Shown piece by piece: positions 18,696-28,034 of a stretch of 47,470 nt of DNA. Numbering within the stretch: the stretch's first letter is position 1; every line of letters starts with the position of its first letter. Source of the stretch: an uncultured Bacilli bacterium (lineage in GTDB: Bacteria; Bacillota_I; Bacilli_A; RF39; UBA660). The stretch spans positions 1-47,470 of the forward strand of contig CAKOOW010000002.1 of NCBI GenBank assembly GCA_934098445.1. Direction: 5' to 3'. The position numbers were made by a program, and so were the translations under genes. The notes beneath the pieces are model-generated. The model ran no database searches. It had not been told where the DNA came from and saw only the letters and a list, made by a program, of their open reading frames with translations.

Positions 18696-18868
18696 CTTTG
18701 GAGTGGGTATATATATATGATTTTTACTGCATTCATATAAATTAACGATTAGGTGGCGTATTTTAGTCTTTTCTAATAAGTTAAAGCTGATGTAAAGTTT
18801 AGTAAAATAATATAAATAAAAATAAAAAATTATGGTAAAATATAAGTAAGAATAGAAGGAGAATATTT

Positions 18869-19657
18869 ATGTTGAATTATGATTTTAAAGATAAGGTAGT
18901 TCTTATTACGGGAGCAGGTAGCGGCATCGGCGAAGAATGTGCAAAAAGTTTTAGTAAATGTGGCGCTAAAGTTGTTATCTGTGATAATAAAGAAGATAGA
19001 GTTCGTAAGGTAAAGGAAGAACTTGCAGAAAATGGTGGTACAGTTTTAGGGTGTAAGGTTGATGTTACTGATTATCATATGATTGAAAAGTTAGTTAATT
19101 TTACGGTGGAAAAGTTAGGGCGTATCGATATAGTTGTTAATTCAGCCGGAATTTGTAAACTTATGCCAATTGATGAGATGCCAATTGAGACAGTTGATGC
19201 CTTAATAGATATCAACTTAAAGGGAACTGTTTATATGTGTAAGGCTTTAACGCCAATTATGAAAAAACAACAGTCAGGTAAGATTATTAACATGGCAAGT
19301 ATAGCCGGTCGTATTTGCAATAGTGGCTTTAATGTATATGCGACTACTAAAGCAGGAATTATGGCAATAACTAGTAGTATGGCTAGAGAACTTGCTCCAT
19401 ATAATGTTAATGTTAATTCGGTTTTACCAGGGATTGTTCGTACGAATATGTGGGAAGGTATTTTAGATGATTTTACAAAGAATGATGATTCTATTAGAGA
19501 AGAAACATTCAAACAATCAACATCTGCTATTCCTTTAGGACGTCCTCAGACAGTAGAAGATATTGCTAATATGGTTTTATATTTAGCTAGTGATACTGCT
19601 AAGAATATTACAGCCCAAAATATAGCCGTTGATGGTGGATATACTTTTGATTTATAG
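18869..19657 (+). CDS. short-chain dehydrogenase/reductase (FabG-like)
   Basis: TGAGSGIG cofactor motif, NSAG, catalytic Y-x3-K (YATTKAG). An extended -10 tggtaaaat lies about 30 nt upstream and the RBS is aaggag. Confidence 0.85.
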   Translation: MLNYDFKDKVVLITGAGSGIGEECAKSFSKCGAKVVICDNKEDRVRKVKEELAENGGTVLGCKVDVTDYHMIEKLVNFTVEKLGRIDIVVNSAGICKLMPIDEMPIETVDALIDINLKGTVYMCKALTPIMKKQQSGKIINMASIAGRICNSGFNVYATTKAGIMAITSSMARELAPYNVNVNSVLPGIVRTNMWEGILDDFTKNDDSIREETFKQSTSAIPLGRPQTVEDIANMVLYLASDTAKNITAQNIAVDGGYTFDL

Positions 19658-19684
19658 GTACTAGAAATAGTATCTTTTTTTTCA

Positions 19685-20155
19685 CTAGATTATTTTTACT
19701 AACCATGTAATGATTGGGTTACTAGTAAAATAAATTAAAGTTATGAAAGATAGGTAAATAATTAAAAATAAAGTATCAGTTAAAAGGTCTTCTAAATGCC
19801 AGAAATTAAGTAAGTAATCAATAAAACCTAATAAGTAAAGAAAGAGAAGATTAATTCCTAATAAAATAAAGAATGTAATGAAAGTTAAGAAAAACCATTC
19901 TAAATAGTTGGGATAAGTATTTAAAATATTGACGAAATAACTAAAGTAAGCTGGAATTATAGTAATTAATAAAGCTTGGGGATAGTTTTTAGTACGAATG
20001 TAGTCTTTAACCCTAAAGGAAAAAGGAAGCCAAAACAACAATGGAGTAATAATATAGCCATATAATTTAATCCATAAAAGATAGAAAAGAAAATAGATAA
20101 TAATTGACACGATATTCACCAGTTTTATTGTATAAAATAAGTTAGAGGAAAGCAA
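19685..20155 (-). CDS. hypothetical polytopic membrane protein (156 aa)
   Basis: Four to five hydrophobic helices. No motif is recognised. Confidence 0.45.
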   Translation of the reverse strand: MLSSNLFYTIKLVNIVSIIIYFLFYLLWIKLYGYIITPLLFWLPFSFRVKDYIRTKNYPQALLITIIPAYFSYFVNILNTYPNYLEWFFLTFITFFILLGINLLFLYLLGFIDYLLNFWHLEDLLTDTLFLIIYLSFITLIYFTSNPIITWLVKII

Positions 20156-20219
20156 CTAAAAATAATTGACTTTAGTTATAAAGTGTAATATTCTAATGCT
20201 ACTAAAGAAGAGGTTTAAA

Positions 20220-20945
20220 ATGGCAATAATAAAAGTAGATGGTATAGAAGATATAAAATATTTAGATAAGATGGTGAATAAGGGGAGTTTTGGGGAAATT
20301 TATCCTTTTAGTGATGATACTTATTTTAAGAAGTTAAATATGAGTCAAATGAGTTTGAGCTTACTTGATAATCAGATTAGATTGGAAATTTTAACGGATT
20401 TAATGAATTTAAAGGGGACTAAATATTTAATATTACCTAAAGATATTTATGTTACTGAGGAATGTTTATTGGGGTACACTTCTTTGATAAAGAAGGCTAA
20501 ATCAATTAGAGATATGAGTTTAGATTCTAATTATGGGGATGTTATTAAGGCTTTTAAACTTCTTTGTAAAGATATCGCTATTCTAGCCGATATGAATATT
20601 TTTGATTGCAATTTTAATCAGAATAATATATTATTTGATGGAAAGATGTATCTTTTAGACTTAGATCAGAGTATTTATGTGGAAAATGATAATCTTCTAT
20701 ATAAGAGAATGGTATATGAGTTGTTTCAGAGTCTTTATTTATCTTTAGTAAAAGATGGTTTTGGATCAAGAATTCTTATGGAAAGGGATTTAGAAGGGTT
20801 AATACAAACTTTTAAGTCTTATACTGGTACTAATTATGATCTTTTTTTTGAGCTTTTAAGATGGAAGTTAGAGTTTTATACAAGGATGAAGATTAATACG
20901 GTTGGTGATTTTAGGAAGAGTTTATCTTTAACGAAGAAGGGGTAA
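20220..20945 (+). CDS. minimal protein-kinase-like fold protein, tandem paralogue A
   Basis: G-loop-like NKGSFGEIY, FKK lysine, catalytic-loop-like FDCNFNQNNILF, LLDLDQS. The AGAGGT RBS favours ATG 20220. Confidence 0.6.
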   Translation: MAIIKVDGIEDIKYLDKMVNKGSFGEIYPFSDDTYFKKLNMSQMSLSLLDNQIRLEILTDLMNLKGTKYLILPKDIYVTEECLLGYTSLIKKAKSIRDMSLDSNYGDVIKAFKLLCKDIAILADMNIFDCNFNQNNILFDGKMYLLDLDQSIYVENDNLLYKRMVYELFQSLYLSLVKDGFGSRILMERDLEGLIQTFKSYTGTNYDLFFELLRWKLEFYTRMKINTVGDFRKSLSLTKKG

Positions 20946-20946
20946 T

Positions 20947-21657
20947 ATGGCTATTAGAAGGGTTAGTTCTTTAGAAGAGTTAGATTTACCTAATAAGTAT
21001 ATTTATCAGGGGAATAATGGATATATTTATAATTTTAAAGATAAGTATTTTAAGGTGCTTGATGAGGAATATATGTCTTTAGATAATAGGAAAAATCAAG
21101 GGAGATTAGATATTTTAGGTAGATTAAGTGAGTTAGAAAATACGAAGTATTTAGTGTTACCGGAAGACATTTATGTTACGGATAGCAAGATACTGGGATA
21201 TACGATGAGGATATGTCCAGGAAAAGAGTTTATTTATTTGGATGATAATGTTTCTTATGATAAATTGGTTTTAGGAATTATAAATTTACTTTTTGATATA
21301 GAAATATTAAGTAATAAGGGTTTATTAGATTTAGATATTTGTAGTAGTAATATTTTCTTTGATGGGGTTAATCTTTATTTATTAGATTTTGATGGAACGA
21401 TTAGTTTTGATGATAAGAGGAAGGCTTATCTTTTGATGGGGATGAGTCTTATTAATTTATGTATTGGGAAGATTATGGATTCTGATAGACTAGAATGGTT
21501 TAAAGATATAGATATTGATTATATGTGGGAGAAGATGAATAGATTAGAGAGTTCTAATTATATAGGGTTATTATGGTTAATTAAGTTAAAGATGAGTAGA
21601 GTTTTAGGAAAAGATGTAGAGACTCTTGGGGATATTAGAAGAGTATTAAGAAGGTGA
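20947..21657 (+). CDS. minimal protein-kinase-like fold protein, tandem paralogue B
   Basis: QGNNGYIY, FKV, DLDICSSNIFF, LLDFDGT. It starts 1 nt after the stop of paralogue A and shares the same MAI(I/R)(K/R)V N-terminus. Confidence 0.6.
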   Translation: MAIRRVSSLEELDLPNKYIYQGNNGYIYNFKDKYFKVLDEEYMSLDNRKNQGRLDILGRLSELENTKYLVLPEDIYVTDSKILGYTMRICPGKEFIYLDDNVSYDKLVLGIINLLFDIEILSNKGLLDLDICSSNIFFDGVNLYLLDFDGTISFDDKRKAYLLMGMSLINLCIGKIMDSDRLEWFKDIDIDYMWEKMNRLESSNYIGLLWLIKLKMSRVLGKDVETLGDIRRVLRR

Positions 21658-21661
21658 TGAT

Positions 21662-22076
21662 ATGGCAGTTATTAAGGTTCAAAGTATTAGGGATATTCCT
21701 AAGGATGGGGTTTACAGAGTAGAGGCTACTAATAAGCTTTATAGACAAGGATATGATAGAATTCTAAAGATATTTTTAGATTGTTATCAGGGGATGGATA
21801 GTAAGAGTGAATAAGATATATAAAAGAGCAGCTTATCAAGTTTTTCAACAGATATTAAGAGTTATTGTTTGGCTTGATAAGAGTCAGGATTTATATACAG
21901 TTTTAAATCATTATCATATAAGAGATTTTAATTTGGGGGCGTTACAATGTGGTATAATAGATATTACGAGTAGTGTGGAAGAGTTTAAGGAAAGTTTATT
22001 TTCTTTGGGTCTTGATGATAAGTGTACTCTTAAAGATGTTGATATAGTATTAAGGAGAAAGAGAAATGGATATTAA
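21662..22076 (+). pseudogene. decayed third copy of the kinase-like family (core deleted, frame broken)
   Basis: 21662..21814 encodes MAVIKVQSIRDI..., the N-terminal signature of the family, for 50 aa. ORF 21807..22076 is in another frame and matches only the family C-terminus (IYKRAAYQVFQQI versus LYKRMVYELFQSL; VDIVLRRKR versus GDIRRVLRR). The catalytic core is absent. Confidence 0.55.
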
Positions 22077-23149
22077 TAGTAAATACGAAGAATTAGTTAG
22101 TAGGATGAAGGTTATTGGGAGGTCTCTTTGACTTAGATAGTAAAGAGAAGAGGATATCTTTATTAGAAAGTAAGTTAAATGAGTCAGGGATATGGAATAA
22201 TCTTAAAGAGGCTAGTAAGATTAATGGAGAATTAATTAATCTAAAGAAAGAGTGTAGTGATGCTAAAAAGCTAAAGAGTAGTTTAGAGGGATTAGAGGAG
22301 TTAATTAGTCTTAGTGATGATTTAGAGATAAGAAAAGAGGTTGAAGAGGAATTATCTTCTTTAGAAGAGTTAATGAGCAGTTTAGAAGTTGCTACTTTAC
22401 TTAATGGCCCTTATGATAATTTAAGTTGCTTTTTAGAGATTCACCCAGGGGCAGGGGGAACGGAAGCTATGGATTGGGCTTCAATGTTATTACGGATGTA
22501 TGAACGTTTTTGTGATGCAAATAATTATAAATATGAAGTTATTGACTATTTGAAAGGTGAAGAAGCAGGGATTAAAGCAGTTACCTTAAGAATTAGTGGT
22601 AATATGGCTTATGGTTATTTTAAGGGAGAAAAAGGGGTTCATAGATTAGTTAGAATTTCTCCTTTTGATGCTAATAAGAGAAGACATACTTCTTTTGCTT
22701 CGGTAAGTGTAGTTCCAGAGTTTGAGAAAATTTCTAATATTGAGATTAAAGATGAAGATTTAAAGATTGATGTATTCCATTCGAGTGGAGCCGGTGGTCA
22801 ATCGGTAAATACGAGTGATTCAGCCGTTAGAATTACGCATTTACCTAGTAAAATTGTGGTATCTTGTCAAGTAGAGAGAAGTCAGTTACGTAATAAAGAA
22901 AGAGCATTAGAAATGCTAAAATCTAAGTTATACCAGTTAGAAGTGGAGAAAAAAGAAGAAGAATTAAATAAAGAAAAGGGTATTAGTGATAGTATTAATT
23001 TTGGTAGTCAGATTAGAAACTATGTTTTAGAGCCTTATACTTTAGTAAAGGATTTAAGAAGTGGTTATGAGACTAGTCAAGCATTTAAGGTTTTAGATGG
23101 GGATATTTTACCAATTATGGAATCTGTTTTAAAGATGAAGAAAAATTAA
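22066..23149 (+). CDS. prfB: peptide chain release factor 2, expressed via a programmed +1 frameshift (join 22066..22128, 22130..23149)
   Basis: Frame 0 gives MDINSKYEELVSRMKVIGRSL and then UGA at 22129. The +1 frame continues DLDSKEKRI.... The RF2-specific SPF tripeptide (RISPFD) and the GGQ motif (GAGGQSVN) are present. Confidence 0.95.
22117..22132 (+). promoter_or_regulatory. prfB: prfB autoregulatory +1 frameshift site (internal SD-like GGGAGG, 3-nt spacer, CUU UGA C)
   Basis: The sequence gggagg tct ctt tga c has the same architecture as the canonical bacterial RF2 recoding site. Confidence 0.9.
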
Positions 23150-23175
23150 CATTAGAAAAGAGCGATAAATTAATA

Positions 23176-24711
23176 ATGAAAAAGCCGATAACAGGACGGT
23201 TGGCTGCTGCTATAATACTTAGTTTTTGTATTATCATAACTAGTAATAAGTCTTTTTATGGAAAAGCTTTGGCAAGTGATGGAGGAAAAATCGAAGATTT
23301 AACTGATTATCCGGAAGAAATATCTTCTATAAAGATATTTAAAGATAAAGATAATCTTTTAAGTAACGAGGAACTACAGAGACTAAGAAATCTTTCTTAT
23401 AAGCCTTGTACCTATGAATTTAAGGGAAGCATAGAAGATTTATATAATATTATTATTTTAAATAGTAATAATTATCTTAAAGATACGGATTATTCTAGTA
23501 TTTTAGAGATTAAAGAAGATTATATAAGAGAGTATGTTATTAAGACTATTAAAGATATAATTAAAAGAAATTTAAAAGAAGAGAGAAAAGATAATATTCA
23601 TAAGTTAATATCTCTTAAGATTGTTATTGGTTCTTTAGAAGAGGATACTTTAGGACAATATGATTTTAAAGAAAATTTGATTATCTTAGATATGGAGAAA
23701 ATTCTTGGGAAAAGTAGTTCTATAGATGATATTAATATGAATCTATTTGATTGTTTAAATCATGAGTTTAATCATGCTTTTCAAGGATCTTGTAGTGGTA
23801 AGTTAATTAATAATACTTCTTTTATTTTAGAGAGTAGTGCAGAATCTTATAATTATAATATTTTAAAGAATGATTATAAATTTGTTAATAGTAGATATGA
23901 ATATGGATATGCTTATTTAGAAGAAAGAAAATATGAGAGTAAGTTATTTTTACTTAGTCTTTTAGATAATAAGAGGTCTATAGAAGAGTATTATGATGCT
24001 ATTGATAAAGGAGATATAAAGAGGTTATTTGCTTTTCTAGATTTAAATAGTATTGAAGAACAGAATGAATTTTTAGAGGGGATATGGTTGGCAGATGGGA
24101 TCCTTTTAAGGAATAATTATTGGAGTAGAATCGTAAAGTCTGATGATTTTGATAGTCTTAAGGATTATAATATTGATGAGTTATTGATGAGAGAAGCAGC
24201 TGGGGCTTATGAGAGTTTTATCTTGAAGATGGCGGTTAAAGGCTTGATGAAATATAATATTTTGAATAATGATTTAAGTTTAGAAGATAATTTATTGTTA
24301 TATCATTTTATTTTAATAAATGTTTTAGATAGGGTAAGTTTTAATGATTATAATTATGCTACTTGTGAAGTTAGTTATACTTTTTATCAGGATTTTTTTG
24401 ATCATTATTTACAAATAGAAGAGATATTCTTTAGATTTTTAGGGTCTTATTATAATTATTCGGAAGAAGAGATAAGATCTATAGATGATAGTTTAGATAA
24501 AGATAAGATAGTAAATGGGATTAATAATTATTTAAATACGGGGTATTGTCTTAATGAAGATAAATATATTAAAGAATTAATTGATAAATATCCAAAGATA
24601 AGAATAATTAGACAGAGTGGGGTTATTTTAGCTAATTTTAACTATAATAATTTAAGAAATATAAGAGATAGGAAATATTCTAAAGATGGGATTAAGCTTA
24701 TTTTGAAGTAG
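23176..24711 (+). CDS. secreted HExxH (gluzincin-like) protein, paralogue 1
   Basis: Signal peptide ending ALA-S, HEFNH motif, and a downstream acidic segment ILESSAESYNY that could supply the third ligand. Confidence 0.55.
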   Translation: MKKPITGRLAAAIILSFCIIITSNKSFYGKALASDGGKIEDLTDYPEEISSIKIFKDKDNLLSNEELQRLRNLSYKPCTYEFKGSIEDLYNIIILNSNNYLKDTDYSSILEIKEDYIREYVIKTIKDIIKRNLKEERKDNIHKLISLKIVIGSLEEDTLGQYDFKENLIILDMEKILGKSSSIDDINMNLFDCLNHEFNHAFQGSCSGKLINNTSFILESSAESYNYNILKNDYKFVNSRYEYGYAYLEERKYESKLFLLSLLDNKRSIEEYYDAIDKGDIKRLFAFLDLNSIEEQNEFLEGIWLADGILLRNNYWSRIVKSDDFDSLKDYNIDELLMREAAGAYESFILKMAVKGLMKYNILNNDLSLEDNLLLYHFILINVLDRVSFNDYNYATCEVSYTFYQDFFDHYLQIEEIFFRFLGSYYNYSEEEIRSIDDSLDKDKIVNGINNYLNTGYCLNEDKYIKELIDKYPKIRIIRQSGVILANFNYNNLRNIRDRKYSKDGIKLILK

Positions 24712-24767
24712 TATTTACTTTTGAAATATTTTATGTATAATAGAGGCTAATTGATGGGGGTATTTTA

Positions 24768-26429
24768 GTGAAAAATACAAACAGAAGAATAGTAGCTTCT
24801 TTATTAATTTTTAGTATCCTTATAACCGGATGTTCTAAAGATAAGAATAATAAGATAGATATGCTTAGTTATGTAGAGAGTCCTAAAGACAGGGAAAATA
24901 GTATTAGAATGGTGGTTGGAAAAGATTTTAATACTATAGACATGATGGGAATAGAAGATGTATTTGGAATAGATGAAGAGATAGAAAAGTCTTTAAATAC
25001 TAAGAGTGAGGATTGTACTTATAATTATTATGGAAATATAAATAGTTTGTTTTATAAGATTATTAATAATAGTAATGAATATGCTAAAGATAATGATATT
25101 TATGATTCTGTTTTTGATGAAGAGTTTTATAATAATATTGATTATACTAATTGTTTTGGGGTTTTCTTTGATAAAGATAAATTAGATAAGATAAGAGAAA
25201 GTATTCTAATAGCTTTAGAAAGTTATATAAGTTATATTTATGGGACGGGGAATAAAGAGGACATTCATAATATTTTAGATTTAAAGATAGTGGTATTTAA
25301 AGATAAAGAGTTGGAGAAACCTAATACTTATGGAGATTATGATAGTACGGATAATCTTATTAGAATTAGTTTTTATAATATCTTAGAGTCAGGTTGGGAA
25401 CTTGATGATATAATGGCTCGGATGGATGAGGTTATGAAACATGAACTTAATCATTCTATGGAACATAGTTGTCAAGATAAGATGGAAAATGGGGCTTTAG
25501 AGGAGATTGATTTTCTTAATGAGAGGTATTATAGTTTTTTGACGGAAGCCGCGGCAGAATCATCTTTGTATAATCTAGGGATTGCTAGTGGTTATGAAGC
25601 TAAGGGAGTAGTTTTTTATTATACTTATGATGAGTATAGGGCTTTAGAAAATAAGTTATTATTATGTTCGGTTTTTCAAAAGAATAGGAAGTTAGAGGAT
25701 TATTATCGGTATATTAATAATGAGGATATAAATGGTCTTTTAGAGTTTTTAGGCGCTAATTCTTTAGAAGAGAAGAAAGAGTTATTTAGAGTAGTATATG
25801 CGATGGATGCTTTAGTCGGAAGAAATATGTATCCATATGATGTTTTAGGAGATAAAGATAAATATTCAAAGGAAGATATTATAAGACTTCATGATAAGAT
25901 TGGTTATCAACATTATATAAGTATTCTAAAATATAGTCTTAATTCTTTAATAGATTATAATCTTAAAGAAGAGTTATTATCATTAGAGGATAATTTACTT
26001 TTATATTATATAGTAGTTAATAGTATTTTAGATGATTGTTTCTTTATAGATGATAGTAGTGGGTATAATATTTATTATTGTTATGAAGATTTTGTTGATA
26101 ATTATTATCAAATAGAAGATAGTTTCTTTAGGATATTAGAAGTTATGTATCATAAAGATTATGAGGATATAAAGAGTCTTTATAATGAGTATAAAGATAT
26201 AGATATTATGAAGAGTATGACTTATCTAAGTAATGGTAATGTTAATATAGATAGTAATACTAGTCTTCATGAGAAATTAGAAAAGTTATTGGAGAAGTTT
26301 CCTGGTCTTGGGGTTGTCTCTAATACTTACTATTATAATGGTTATATTAGTAATTGTAATTATGTTAAGTTATTAGATAAAGTTATTGATTCCGAGAATA
26401 AAGATAATACTTTAAGACTAAGAAAGTAA
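24768..26429 (+). CDS. lipoprotein HExxH (gluzincin-like) protein, paralogue 2
   Basis: GTG start, lipobox LITGC, HELNH motif, LTEAAAESSLYN. It is collinear with 23176..24711 (shared LSLEDNLLLY(H/Y)). Confidence 0.55.
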   Translation: MKNTNRRIVASLLIFSILITGCSKDKNNKIDMLSYVESPKDRENSIRMVVGKDFNTIDMMGIEDVFGIDEEIEKSLNTKSEDCTYNYYGNINSLFYKIINNSNEYAKDNDIYDSVFDEEFYNNIDYTNCFGVFFDKDKLDKIRESILIALESYISYIYGTGNKEDIHNILDLKIVVFKDKELEKPNTYGDYDSTDNLIRISFYNILESGWELDDIMARMDEVMKHELNHSMEHSCQDKMENGALEEIDFLNERYYSFLTEAAAESSLYNLGIASGYEAKGVVFYYTYDEYRALENKLLLCSVFQKNRKLEDYYRYINNEDINGLLEFLGANSLEEKKELFRVVYAMDALVGRNMYPYDVLGDKDKYSKEDIIRLHDKIGYQHYISILKYSLNSLIDYNLKEELLSLEDNLLLYYIVVNSILDDCFFIDDSSGYNIYYCYEDFVDNYYQIEDSFFRILEVMYHKDYEDIKSLYNEYKDIDIMKSMTYLSNGNVNIDSNTSLHEKLEKLLEKFPGLGVVSNTYYYNGYISNCNYVKLLDKVIDSENKDNTLRLRK

Positions 26430-26430
26430 A

Positions 26431-26471
26431 AAGAATTAAGATATGTAAAGAAGAAATCTTAATTCTTTTTT
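26431..26471. terminator. hairpin terminator between convergent genes
   Basis: 12-bp stem aagaattaagat / atcttaattctt with a 13-nt loop and a T-run on the + strand. The 3' arm overlaps the end of the minus-strand RHH gene. Confidence 0.55.
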
Positions 26472-26656
26472 GATTCATCAATATCATTAGAAGTTTCCAT
26501 ATTAAGAAGAGCATATTCACAAGCTAGAATGACAAAACGACTGAAGGATATATTTTGACCGACAAGGGCTTTTTCTATTCTATTAATGAGTTCTAAAGGA
26601 AATCTTATGGTTTTATTTTCAGTTTCTCCTTTGGGAGAGATTTTAAATGGTTGCAT
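26459..26656 (-). CDS. ribbon-helix-helix (CopG/Arc-type) DNA-binding protein, 65 aa
   Basis: The KTIRFPLELINRIEKA pattern (beta-strand then helix) is typical of RHH repressors. An AGAGGT RBS lies 7 nt upstream. Confidence 0.5.
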   Translation of the reverse strand: MQPFKISPKGETENKTIRFPLELINRIEKALVGQNISFSRFVILACEYALLNMETSNDIDESKKN

Positions 26657-26771
26657 ATATTACCTCTTAGATAATTGTAATATAAAGAGTAAGGCAAATG
26701 AAGAAAAAGTACATAAATGTAAAAATTCTTTAATTGATAATCAGACAGTGTCTTAATTTAAGAAAGGGACT

Positions 26772-26800
26772 TGTCAAAAAGAAAAAAATAAATTAAAATG
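26772..26800 (+). promoter_or_regulatory. sigma-A-type promoter of the metK leader (TTGTCA, 17-nt spacer, TAAAAT)
   Basis: -35 at 26772-26777 and -10 at 26795-26800 with a 17-nt spacer, about 10 nt upstream of the riboswitch P1 helix. Confidence 0.6.
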
Positions 26801-26810
26801 TATGTAACAT

Positions 26811-26893
26811 CTTATAAAGAGTGATGGAGGGACTAGCCCAGAGAAGTCACACCAACCTATTAGATTAGGTGGTAATGCTAGAGCGATAAGATA
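26811..26893 (+). promoter_or_regulatory. SAM-I (S-box) riboswitch aptamer
   Basis: P1 tcttat...ataaga, conserved AAGAG, GGAGGGAC, AGCCC, GAAG, CCAACC and GGTGGTAATGC blocks. It lies directly upstream of metK. Confidence 0.8.
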
Positions 26894-26940
26894 ACTTACC
26901 CTTATACTCAAGGTACTTAGTTATCTTGGGTGTTTTTTAT
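26888..26940 (+). terminator. riboswitch expression-platform terminator
   Basis: Stem aagataact...agttatctt, whose 5' arm overlaps the 3' strand of P1, followed by gggtgtttttt. Confidence 0.7.
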
Positions 26941-26965
26941 ATGATGAAAAGAAAGAGGTAAGAAA

Positions 26966-27991
26966 ATGGAAAAATACTATAGTAATGAAATTGTTTTTAG
27001 GGGGCATCCTGATAAGGTTTGCGACCAAATAAGTGATGCTATTCTAGATGAATGTTTAAAGCAAGATGAGAATAGTCGTTGTGGAATAGAGACAGTTGGC
27101 GGAAAGGGTAAAATCTTTATAACGGGGGAAATTACAACGAAGGCTAAATTAGATATAGAATCTATAGTAAAAGGGGTTCTTAAAGATATTGGGTATGATT
27201 ATGATTGTGAAATCATTAATAATATAGGTATTCAAAGTCCAGATATAGCGTTGGGGACAAATGATGTAGTTGGTGGGGCTGGTGATAACGGGATGATGTT
27301 TGGTTATGCTACTCGGGATACGAAAGAATATTTACCAACGGCAATGGTTATTCTTCAGAAATTAAGTCGTAAGTATGATTGGCTAGTACATACTGATAAA
27401 CGTTTCTTGGCGGATGGGAAAGCCCAGATTACGGGGGTTTATGAGAATAATAAGCTTATTAGAATTAAGGATTTTACGATATGCTATCAAAATACTGAAG
27501 AAGAAAGAGATAAGACTGATGAAATTCTAAAGAAGATATGTAATGAAATATGTAGGGAATACAAAATAAAGGTTGATAAGTATTTAATAAATCCGACAGG
27601 AAGATTTTATATTGGGGGATTTCTAGGTGATGCAGGATTAACGGGAAGAAAAATAGTGGTTGATAGCTATCAGTCTTTTGCTAACGTTGGTGGGGGTGCT
27701 TTTTCGGGAAAAGACCCTACGAAAGTAGATAGAAGTGGAGCTTATAAAGCAAGAGAAATTGCTAAACAAATATTAAAAGATAATCCTAAGTATTATTGGT
27801 GTAGTGTTCAACTTTCGTATGCTATTGGGATTGATAAGCCGTTAGCAATTTATATTACGACCGACTTAGGAGATATCAAAGTACCAGAAAGTTTGTATGA
27901 AGAGTGTACGCCAAAAAGAATTATAGAAGATTTAAATTTAAAGAAGGAGTGTTTCTTTAAAAGAGCAAGATACGGTCATTTTACTGATTAG
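26966..27991 (+). CDS. metK: S-adenosylmethionine synthetase (compact 341-aa form)
   Basis: GHPDKVCDQISDAILD, GAGDNGMMFGYA, NPTGRF, GDAGLTGRKIVVD, GGGAFSGKDPTKVDRSGAY and a C-terminal YGHF. Confidence 0.9.
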   Translation: MEKYYSNEIVFRGHPDKVCDQISDAILDECLKQDENSRCGIETVGGKGKIFITGEITTKAKLDIESIVKGVLKDIGYDYDCEIINNIGIQSPDIALGTNDVVGGAGDNGMMFGYATRDTKEYLPTAMVILQKLSRKYDWLVHTDKRFLADGKAQITGVYENNKLIRIKDFTICYQNTEEERDKTDEILKKICNEICREYKIKVDKYLINPTGRFYIGGFLGDAGLTGRKIVVDSYQSFANVGGGAFSGKDPTKVDRSGAYKAREIAKQILKDNPKYYWCSVQLSYAIGIDKPLAIYITTDLGDIKVPESLYEECTPKRIIEDLNLKKECFFKRARYGHFTD

Positions 27992-28034
27992 TATCTTTTT
28001 TTGGGATGAAAAAAGACCCCTTTAGAGGGAGTAC

